Below, in pieces: positions 32,301 through 39,617 of a stretch of DNA of 64,000 nucleotides. The number at the start of each line of letters is the position of its first letter. The first letter of the stretch is position 1. Source of the DNA: a virus (Duplodnaviria > Caudoviricetes); the IMG/VR virus record IMGVR_UViG_2872355237_000003, one strand, 5' to 3'. Below the pieces are notes generated by a model that was not told where the DNA came from, made no database searches, and was given only the letters and a program-made list of their open reading frames with translations. A program made the position numbers and the translations under genes.

Positions 32301-33201
32301 TATTAATAGAAAGTATAAAAGTTTAATTTTTGATTATAGTGAATCATTAAGTCATACAGGATATACAAATAAATGGTTTTTTGTTACTATAACTAATAAT
32401 ATAATGGGGTATATGAAACTTTATATAAATGGAGAATTAAAGCAGAGTGAAAGAATTGAAGATTTAGATGAGGTTAAGTTAGATAAAACCATAGTATTTG
32501 GAATAGATGAGAATATAGATGAGAATCAGATGCTTTGGATTAGAGATTTTAATATTTTTTCTAAAGAATTAAGCAATGAAGATATTAATATTGTATATGA
32601 GGGACAAATATTAAGAAATGTTATTAAAGATTATTGGGGAAATCCTTTGAAGTTTGATACAGAATATTATATTATTAATGATAATTATATAGATAGGTAT
32701 ATAGCACCTAAAAGTAATATACTTGTACTTGTTCAGTATCCAGATAGATCTAAATTATATACTGGAAATCCTATTACTATTAAATCAGTATCTGATAAGA
32801 ATCCTTATAGTAGAATTTTAAATAGAGATAATATAATGTTTCATATGTTATATAATAGTGGGAAATATATGATAATAAGAGATACTGATACAATATATGC
32901 AAGACAAGGAGGAGAGTGTTCACAAAATTGTGTATATCCATTAAAATTACAGAGTAATTTAGGTAATTATGATATAGGTATATTTAGTATAAAAAATATT
33001 GTATCTCAAAATAAATATTGTAGTCAAATTTTCTCTAGTTTTAGGGAAAATACAATGCTTCTAGCAGATATGTATAAACCTTGGAGATTTTCTTTTAAAA
33101 ATGCATACACGCCAGTTGCAGTAACTAATTATGAAACAAAACTATTATCAACTTCATCTTTTTGGAAATTTATTTCTAGGGATCCAGGATGGGTAGAGTA
33201 A
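29359..33201 (+). CDS. bont/CD: botulinum neurotoxin, C/D mosaic
   Basis: 1280 aa from ATG 29359 after AGGAG. Type C-like N-terminus MPITINNFNYSDPVDNK, zinc motif HELNH, type D-like C-terminus WKFISRDPGWVE. Confidence 0.95.
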   Translation: MPITINNFNYSDPVDNKNILYLDTHLNTLANEPEKAFRIIGNIWVIPDRFSRDSNPNLNKPPRVTSPKSGYYDPNYLSTDSEKDTFLKEIIKLFKRINSREIGEELIYRLATDIPFPGNNNTPINTFDFDVDFNSVDVKTRQGNNWVKTGSINPSVIITGPRENIIDPETSTFKLTNNTFAAQEGFGALSIISISPRFMLTYSNATNNVGEGRFSKSEFCMDPILILMHELNHAMHNLYGIAIPNDQRISSVTSNIFYSQYNVKLEYAEIYAFGGPTIDLIPKSARKYFEEKALDYYRSIAKRLNSITTANPSSFNKYIGEYKQKLIRKYRFVVESSGEVAVDRNKFAELYKELTQIFTEFNYAKIYNVQNRKIYLSNVYTPVTANILDDNVYDIQNGFNIPKSNLNVLFMGQNLSRNPALRKVNPENMLYLFTKFCHKAIDGRSLYNKTLDCRELLVKNTDLPFIGDISDIKTDIFLSKDINEETEVIDYPDNVSVDQVILSKNTSEHGQLDLLYPIIEGESQVLPGENQVFYDNRTQNVDYLNSYYYLESQKLSDNVEDFTFTTSIEEALDNSGKVYTYFPKLADKVNTGVQGGLFLMWANDVVEDFTTNILRKDTLDKISDVSAIIPYIGPALNISNSVRRGNFTEAFAVTGVTILLEAFPEFTIPALGAFVIYSKVQERNEIIKTIDNCLEQRIKRWKDSYEWMIGTWLSRITTQFNNISYQMYDSLNYQADAIKDKIDLEYKKYSGSDKENIKSQVENLKNSLDVKISEAMNNINKFIRECSVTYLFKNMLPKVIDELNKFDLKTKTELMNLIDSHNIILVGEVDRLKAKVNGSFENTIPFNIFSYTNNSLLKDIINEYFNSINDSKILSLQNKKNALVDTSGYNAEVRVEGDVQVNTIYTNDFKLSSSGDKIIVNLNNNILYSAIYENSSVSFWIKISKDLTNSHNEYTIINSIKQNSGWKLCIRNGNIEWILQDINRKYKSLIFDYSESLSHTGYTNKWFFVTITNNIMGYMKLYINGELKQSERIEDLDEVKLDKTIVFGIDENIDENQMLWIRDFNIFSKELSNEDINIVYEGQILRNVIKDYWGNPLKFDTEYYIINDNYIDRYIAPKSNILVLVQYPDRSKLYTGNPITIKSVSDKNPYSRILNRDNIMFHMLYNSGKYMIIRDTDTIYARQGGECSQNCVYPLKLQSNLGNYDIGIFSIKNIVSQNKYCSQIFSSFRENTMLLADMYKPWRFSFKNAYTPVAVTNYETKLLSTSSFWKFISRDPGWVE

Positions 33202-33371
33202 TACAATAAAAATTTAATATAAACTATTAAATTATAAAATAATAAATGTATTATCAATTCCAGTAGTAAAATACTGATTGCCCTGTCTATAATCTTCCAG
33301 GGTAAAAAAAGAAGATGTTTAATTTTTACAATTTAGTTCGTAAAATCATTGCGCCTTTGGATGTAAGCACT

Positions 33372-33406
33372 TTAAAAGAGTGGGATTAAATTTCATACTC
33401 TTTTAA
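33372..33406 (+). terminator. terminator downstream of bont
   Basis: TTAAAAGAGT...ACTCTTTTAA inverted repeat. Confidence 0.55.
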
Positions 33407-33499
33407 TTAAACAAGTTTTTGATATAGTTAGTAAGTTAAGTAAAAGAGGCACAGTTAAGAATGTTAATAAAAATAAATTAAAATAATTCAAAATAAGCA

Positions 33500-33528
33500 T
33501 TGACATTGGAATAGTGTGGTGATATTAT
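33500..33528 (+). promoter_or_regulatory. sigma-A promoter with extended -10
   Basis: TTGACA-17 bp-TATTAT with TGn; phage transcription resumes here after the toxin cluster. Confidence 0.7.
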
Positions 33529-33587
33529 ATAAATGTACCAAGAAACAAGGTATGCAAAATCAAACAAATATAAAATAATAAGGGGGA

Positions 33588-34250
33588 ATGAATGTGGTAG
33601 AAGAACAACAATTAAATAAGGATTTGAAAAAGGTGAAGGAAAAGTTTATTAAAGCATTGGTAAGAACACTTAATGAAGAAAATGAGAACAGAGTATATGA
33701 CGGGAAAAAACCTTTGGGTGTATGTTTTATGGTATCCATCATTGACAAACAATTACATAAATATAAAGATTTTCTTAGAGATTTGTCTAACGGTTATACA
33801 TTTAATGGATATGAAGAAGATGAAAGTGGATATTCTAACGGCAAAATTAGTTTATTCATTGAAAAACATATAGAAGACAAAGAAAGTAATCTATGGGCTA
33901 GTACATATAAACAAGATTATTGGTATAGTATAGAATTCAAATATGACACAAGAGATTGGGGATACTGTCAATGTGAACCAAATGATAAAGGATATAACGA
34001 GGAACATGATTGTTGTGGCAAGACATGTGATTGGGATGCACCATCATTTGCAATAACTAAAGAATATGATTTAGGGACATGCTCATGGGACGGATTTCAA
34101 AGAGACTATTGGGAATATGAAAAAATGTTTAAATCAAAAGAAGAGAATAAAAATAAAAGGGTTGAAGATGAAATTAAAGAAAGACGTAAACAAGAAATAA
34201 TGGAGCAAATAAATCTATTAAATCAAGAACTAATATCATTAGAAAGTTAA
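33588..34250 (+). CDS. hypothetical phage protein with a Cys-rich segment
   Basis: 220 aa; CQC..CCG..CDW; coiled-coil C-terminus. Confidence 0.7.
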   Translation: MNVVEEQQLNKDLKKVKEKFIKALVRTLNEENENRVYDGKKPLGVCFMVSIIDKQLHKYKDFLRDLSNGYTFNGYEEDESGYSNGKISLFIEKHIEDKESNLWASTYKQDYWYSIEFKYDTRDWGYCQCEPNDKGYNEEHDCCGKTCDWDAPSFAITKEYDLGTCSWDGFQRDYWEYEKMFKSKEENKNKRVEDEIKERRKQEIMEQINLLNQELISLES

Positions 34251-34297
34251 TATATATATATATATAGAAAAATATAAATTAATTAAAATAAAAAACA

Positions 34298-34315
34298 ATA
34301 AAAGGAATATTTTAT
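34298..34315. repeat. palindromic motif ATAAAA-N6-TTTTAT
   Basis: ATAAAA ggaata TTTTAT, intergenic. Confidence 0.6.
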
Positions 34316-34485
34316 TAAAAGGGGATGATGAAAATAAATAATAATATCAGTAGATTCATAACTTGTTGCAACACTAATGAAGAATTATTGGAAGAATTAA
34401 AGATAAGAATGGAACAACAATAAATTTAACTGTTATAAACAAAAATTAAAAATAATAAATAAATTAAAAACAAGGAGGATTCACA

Positions 34486-34752
34486 ATGTCAACACAAATT
34501 ATAAGTTTTTTACTCCAACTTTCAGGTTCGATTTTACTTTTAGGAGGATATTTTCCACAGATAATACAATTATACAAAACTAAAAAGTCAGAGGATATAT
34601 CATTATCATTTTGGGTTATTTTAACCACTGGATTATTTTGTATAGCATTTAATATGTTAATAAGTCATGTACCAAATTTTATAATGGTAACTCAATTTTT
34701 AAATGCGATTATTGCTTTATGGGTATTAGTTTTAGTTAAGAAATATAAATAA
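34486..34752 (+). CDS. PQ-loop / SemiSWEET-like 3-TM transporter
   Basis: 88 aa, three hydrophobic helices, YFPQIIQLYKTKKSEDIS signature. Confidence 0.85.
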   Translation: MSTQIISFLLQLSGSILLLGGYFPQIIQLYKTKKSEDISLSFWVILTTGLFCIAFNMLISHVPNFIMVTQFLNAIIALWVLVLVKKYK

Positions 34753-34805
34753 GAATTAATACAATTAAATTAAAACATAAATAATTAAATGGAGGAATAT
34801 ATATT

Positions 34806-35348
34806 ATGAAAAATATTAATATCGAATCAACTACAACAGAACAAAAACAAGGGTACATAGCAGGAGGTTTATTTAATGAAGCTGATATATCGCAAAGATT
34901 AAAAGAAGGTAGATTACTAAGAGAAAACACAAATATAGATTTTTACAATCCAATTGAAGCACCATGCAATGATAAATCAAAATTACCTACAGATCAAGAT
35001 ATATTCAATATGGATGCTCAAAAGGTGTTACAATCTCATACAGTAATAGCTGATATATCAACTAGGGATGAAGGTGTTATGGCTGAATTAGGAATTGCTT
35101 GGACTTGTAATTTTATACATCACTTAGCTGAACAAGGATATACATTAGAAGATATTTTAAAATACATACCTAAAAAGCAAACATACGCTAATTTACCAGA
35201 TATAAGAAAAGGTACAGCTCATAATTACAAAGGAAACTATATTCCTGTAGGATTTAACCAATTTATTGTAGGAATGATTAGACAGATGGGTAATGTATAT
35301 GATGGATTTAATGATATATTAAAGGATTTAAAGAAGGATAATAAATAA
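34806..35348 (+). CDS. nucleoside 2-deoxyribosyltransferase / nucleotide N-glycosidase family protein
   Basis: YIAGGLF, YNP, IF..D and DEGVMAELG motifs. Confidence 0.8.
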   Translation: MKNINIESTTTEQKQGYIAGGLFNEADISQRLKEGRLLRENTNIDFYNPIEAPCNDKSKLPTDQDIFNMDAQKVLQSHTVIADISTRDEGVMAELGIAWTCNFIHHLAEQGYTLEDILKYIPKKQTYANLPDIRKGTAHNYKGNYIPVGFNQFIVGMIRQMGNVYDGFNDILKDLKKDNK

Positions 35349-35502
35349 TATAATATTAAATAATCAAAATGAATAAATAATATAATGAACTTGCATATTT
35401 ACTCTTATGTAAAAGTATATTCTCGGTAAAATACTTAAAATAATAAAACACAGGAAAACAATATGCAAGTTGATATAAATAAAATTGTAGGAGGAATATA
35501 TT

Positions 35503-36099
35503 ATGGCACAATTATATTATAGATACGGAGTATTAAACTCAGCTAAATCAGCAAATTTAATAATGGCAGTACATAATTATGATAAAAAAAATAGAAGGGT
35601 TGTAGTATTGAAACCTAAGATAGACACTAGATCCAAACCTAATATTGTTGAAAGTAGAGTAGGAATTTCTCATGCATGTATTGATTTTGATAAAAATGAA
35701 AATTTATTTGAATTAGTAAATACATTAAATTCTAAAGATACTATTCATGCAGTATTCGTTGAAGAAGTTCAATTTATTACTAAGGAACAAGCCAAACAAC
35801 TACATAATATAGTTCATGAATTGAATATACCAACGTTAGGGTATGGATTAAAGAATACATATATAGACGGAGAACTATTTGAAGGTAGCAAAGCTATGTT
35901 GTTTTATGCAGATAAGATAGAGGAAATTAAAGATGTATGTGAATACTGCAATAAAAAAGCTACTCAAAATTTAAGAGTAGTAAATGGAGAACCTATATAT
36001 AGAGGAGAAACAATACGAATAGGTGATGTAAATAGTAATGTAGAAGAATATTATGTTCCTGTATGTGGTTATCACTATTATCATCCAGAGTTAAAGTAG
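35503..36099 (+). CDS. tdk: thymidine kinase (TK1 type)
   Basis: YGVLNSAKS P-loop, KP.IDTR, SRVG, EEVQF, YGL, C..C and Y.PVC..HY zinc motifs. Confidence 0.92.
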   Translation: MAQLYYRYGVLNSAKSANLIMAVHNYDKKNRRVVVLKPKIDTRSKPNIVESRVGISHACIDFDKNENLFELVNTLNSKDTIHAVFVEEVQFITKEQAKQLHNIVHELNIPTLGYGLKNTYIDGELFEGSKAMLFYADKIEEIKDVCEYCNKKATQNLRVVNGEPIYRGETIRIGDVNSNVEEYYVPVCGYHYYHPELK

Positions 36100-36149
36100 A
36101 TTATAAGATAAAATATAGAATAAATTAAAAAGAAAGAAGGATTAAATAA

Positions 36150-36425
36150 ATGATATTAGAATTTAATGGATATAAAATAGTTACGGATGATAAGCAATTC
36201 ATAGTTCAAAAGAAGAAAGTAGTACAAGCAGGTAGACTTACAAAAGAAGAAAATATAGGTAAGGAGTATTGGGAAGATGTTGGATACTTTACAAATCTTA
36301 ATTTTGCTTTAAAATTTATCAAAAAGACGGTTCTGTTAGATAATGATGATCTAAAAGTCATTATGGATAGATTAAATCAACTTGAAGGCAAGATAGATGA
36401 GTTTACTAAAAAGTTAGAAGAATAG
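36150..36425 (+). CDS. hypothetical phage protein
   Basis: 91-aa ORF with RBS. Confidence 0.7.
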   Translation: MILEFNGYKIVTDDKQFIVQKKKVVQAGRLTKEENIGKEYWEDVGYFTNLNFALKFIKKTVLLDNDDLKVIMDRLNQLEGKIDEFTKKLEE

Positions 36426-36427
36426 AT

Positions 36428-36459
36428 TTTTAAACCCGTCGAATTCGACCAGTTTAAAA
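36428..36459. repeat. 32-bp loopless palindrome
   Basis: TTTTAAACcc GTCGAATTCGAC caGTTTAAAA; 14 of 16 symmetric pairs match. Confidence 0.7.
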
Positions 36460-36494
36460 TCAGAAATCAATAATTTTATAAAATTTGTGTATTG

Positions 36495-36557
36495 AAAACC
36501 TTTGATATACAAGGCTTTGTGAACCATAAAAACACGATAAAAGAATACTTTTATATA
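36495..36557 (+). repeat. 63-bp dispersed repeat, copy B (contains ATAAAA-N6-TTTTAT at 36537-36554)
   Basis: Colinear with 10953-11015. Confidence 0.75.
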
Positions 36558-36593
36558 AAGTTAAATTAAGATAAATACAACAATAAGAAAGGA

Positions 36594-37598
36594 TTGATTT
36601 ATGAATTGGTAATAGACAAAGTTACAAAAATGAAAATTAATAATTTTAACGTAGATTTATACAAAGGCAAGGGGTATCAATGCAATATAGGTGATACAGT
36701 CAATATAGATATAAAAGATGTATCTGCCCATAGTAAAAACAAAATTAAAATTCAATGTGATAAGTGTAAAACTAATATTAAAGAAATAACTATTGCAAGC
36801 CTACATCATAGTAAATCTTATCAAGAAGGTAATTACATATGTTATGAATGTAAAGAAAAAATATTACCACAAATGAAATGTGAAGTTTGTGGAAGTACGC
36901 ATAAGGTGACAAATTATCTTAATGAAGGAAATTTATTATGTCAAAGACACCAACGTATACTAAGAAAGAAAGGAGATATTAAAAGAACAATTTACGATCC
37001 TAATGAAATACATATATATGAAGACTATGCTGAATTTGATACATATGATATAAATGGAGATATAAATGGTATATTTAAAATTGATTTAGATGTAGTTAAT
37101 TTTGTTAAATCTCATAAAATATATAAACATAAGGACGGATATGCCTGTTATAAATTTAAAGATAAAAATAATAAAACTAAAAATATGAGATTACATAGAT
37201 ATATAATGAATGTACATAATGCTAAAGACAAAAGTATAATTGTAGACCATATTAATCGTGATAAACAAGATAATCGTAGGCACAATTTAAGATTAGCAAC
37301 ATTTAAAGATAATGTAGTTAATACAGGAATGTTTTCTACTAATACATCAGGACACAAAGGAATATCATGGAATAAACAACGTAAAACTTGGGAAGTTTAT
37401 ATTCACCAATATAACAAGAAAATAGGGTTAGGATATTATAAAGACTATGATAAAGCTGTAAAAGTAAGAGAAATCGCTGAAATAATTTATTTTGGTAGTA
37501 ATAATCCCGAATACAATAAATTAATTAAAAAATATATAGATAATCCGAAAATACAACATATATTATTAAATCATAGGGAGGAATATATTAATGACTAA
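36594..37598 (+). CDS. HNH-AP2 homing-endonuclease-like protein with N-terminal zinc fingers
   Basis: LHRYIM...VDHINRDKQDNRRHNLR (HNH), NTSGHKGISW...W (AP2) and several CxxC pairs. The true start may be TTG 36606. Confidence 0.85.
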   Translation: MIYELVIDKVTKMKINNFNVDLYKGKGYQCNIGDTVNIDIKDVSAHSKNKIKIQCDKCKTNIKEITIASLHHSKSYQEGNYICYECKEKILPQMKCEVCGSTHKVTNYLNEGNLLCQRHQRILRKKGDIKRTIYDPNEIHIYEDYAEFDTYDINGDINGIFKIDLDVVNFVKSHKIYKHKDGYACYKFKDKNNKTKNMRLHRYIMNVHNAKDKSIIVDHINRDKQDNRRHNLRLATFKDNVVNTGMFSTNTSGHKGISWNKQRKTWEVYIHQYNKKIGLGYYKDYDKAVKVREIAEIIYFGSNNPEYNKLIKKYIDNPKIQHILLNHREEYIND

Positions 37599-39606
37599 AC
37601 AAAAGGTAATAAACTATTATGATGATAGAGGTAAGGTAAGAAATAAAATAGGAATATGGCTTGGGTCAAACACTCACCAAGCCGTAATCCACACTATTAA
37701 AGAGCTTACTGCTAATTCAGGAGATATATTAATAGAGAATATAGGTAGTAAGATTATATGGACAATTTATGATGATAAAACTGTAGAAATTTACGATGAT
37801 GGAACAGGTTTACCACTTGAAGGTACTACAATTATAAAAAAGAAAGATGTAAAGGGGAGAGAAACGACGGAAGTAAAATCTAATTATGAATTATTATTAT
37901 TAACCTTATTTGCAGGAACAAAACATAATGGATTAGAAACTGGTGAAAAAAATACGGGTAGCAATGGAGTATTTAATACGGTGTTAACTTATTCATCAGA
38001 ATATGTTGAATATGAAATTGGAAGACCTGATGGCAACATTTATTTTTGCTCATTTAAAGAAGGCTTTATCGATAAAGAATTACAAATCATAGGAGAAACA
38101 GATAAAACATATACACGAATTAAATATAAATTATCGGATCAAGTATATACAGAGAATAAATTTACATTTGATGAAATATGTGATATCTGCCAAAAACAAT
38201 CAGCATTAATTAAAAAGCCGATAATTATAGTAGATGAAACTACTAATCAAGAAGTTATATATAATTTGTCTAACGGGTTAGAAGAGTTATTTAATGTATA
38301 TTTGCATGATAAAAGTAAATCTTGTAAGGATATAATTATAAAAGACAGTTTTAGCCAAGATGTAACTTTTGAAAATCATCAATATAAAGATAATATGAAT
38401 TACGAATTAATATTGAATTATACAATTGAAGAAAACAATAATGTAAATATGGATTTTTTAAATCGAAGTGAGTTAATACATCATGGAACTATACAAGATG
38501 GTATCATAGATGGACTAAGAAAGTGTATTCATAATTTTATTAATAAAGAAGGATTATATAATAAAAAAGAATCCAACATTAGTAAAGATGATATACTATG
38601 TGGATTAAATTATATGATTGATTTTAGTTCATTACATCCTAATATGTATAGTAATCAAACTAAATTTGAAACTAAGGTTAAATATTTTAAAACTCATTTA
38701 ACAAAGTCTATAATGGATTATTTTGAAATATACGCAATTGAACATAAAGATGAAATGTTAAAGATAGCCAATAAGTTATTAATTAACAAAAGGAGTAGAG
38801 AAAAGGCTGAAGTAAATAGAAAAGAAATTAGAAAAAAATTAGAACAAGATGTTAATAAATCAACAGGAAGACCTGACAAATTTGTACCTTGTCAATCTAA
38901 AAATAAACACGAGAAAGAATTGATATTAATAGAAGGTGATTCAAGTTTAAATTCAGTAAAATTATCAAGAAATAAAAAGGTTCATTCTATATATCCACTT
39001 AAAGGTAAGCCTTTAAATACCTTAAAAAAATCATTAGATGATATATTAAAAAACGAAGAAGTTACGGATATTTTCCAAATATTACAATGTGGTATGCAAT
39101 ATAAAGGAAAATCCATAAAAGGAGTTAAACAATTTAATATAGATGATTTAGATGTTGATAAAATAATAATATTTTCTGATGAAGATGAAGATGGCTTACA
39201 TATTCGTTCACTGGTTATAGGGATATTTTATGTTTTAGCACCTAAAATAATAGCACAAGGTCATTTATACGTTTTAGATTCACCTTTGTATAGAATAGAT
39301 ACTAAAAATAAAACATATTTAGCTTACAATGAAAAGGAAAAAAATAATATTATTAAAAATTTAAACAATCAAAATGAAAAATTTACAGATTCAAGGTTTA
39401 AAGGATTAGGAGGTTTAAGCGTAGATTTATTGTCAGAAACGGCTATGAATATTGAAAATCGCAAACTAACTCAAATTACCATTAATGATATAGAAAAAGC
39501 GAAGCAAGTTTTAGAAATGTTTATGGATGATGATTCAACTGACAGAAAACAGTATATAGAAAAATTTGGCGAACAGTATTTTGATTATTCAATATATGAA
39601 ATATAG
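37591..39606 (+). CDS. type IIA topoisomerase subunit B (GyrB/ParE-like)
   Basis: GHKL E..NS.D and D.G.GLP, TOPRIM IEGDS, PLKGK.LN, DEDEDG.HI and RFKGLG. Confidence 0.92.
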   Translation: MTKQKVINYYDDRGKVRNKIGIWLGSNTHQAVIHTIKELTANSGDILIENIGSKIIWTIYDDKTVEIYDDGTGLPLEGTTIIKKKDVKGRETTEVKSNYELLLLTLFAGTKHNGLETGEKNTGSNGVFNTVLTYSSEYVEYEIGRPDGNIYFCSFKEGFIDKELQIIGETDKTYTRIKYKLSDQVYTENKFTFDEICDICQKQSALIKKPIIIVDETTNQEVIYNLSNGLEELFNVYLHDKSKSCKDIIIKDSFSQDVTFENHQYKDNMNYELILNYTIEENNNVNMDFLNRSELIHHGTIQDGIIDGLRKCIHNFINKEGLYNKKESNISKDDILCGLNYMIDFSSLHPNMYSNQTKFETKVKYFKTHLTKSIMDYFEIYAIEHKDEMLKIANKLLINKRSREKAEVNRKEIRKKLEQDVNKSTGRPDKFVPCQSKNKHEKELILIEGDSSLNSVKLSRNKKVHSIYPLKGKPLNTLKKSLDDILKNEEVTDIFQILQCGMQYKGKSIKGVKQFNIDDLDVDKIIIFSDEDEDGLHIRSLVIGIFYVLAPKIIAQGHLYVLDSPLYRIDTKNKTYLAYNEKEKNNIIKNLNNQNEKFTDSRFKGLGGLSVDLLSETAMNIENRKLTQITINDIEKAKQVLEMFMDDDSTDRKQYIEKFGEQYFDYSIYEI

Positions 39607-39617
39607 GAGGAGATTTA

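Noticed and set aside
34250-34266. (AT)8 microsatellite
   Set aside because: Intergenic, not within a promoter spacer or ORF, and unremarkable in very AT-rich DNA; no evidence for phase variation.
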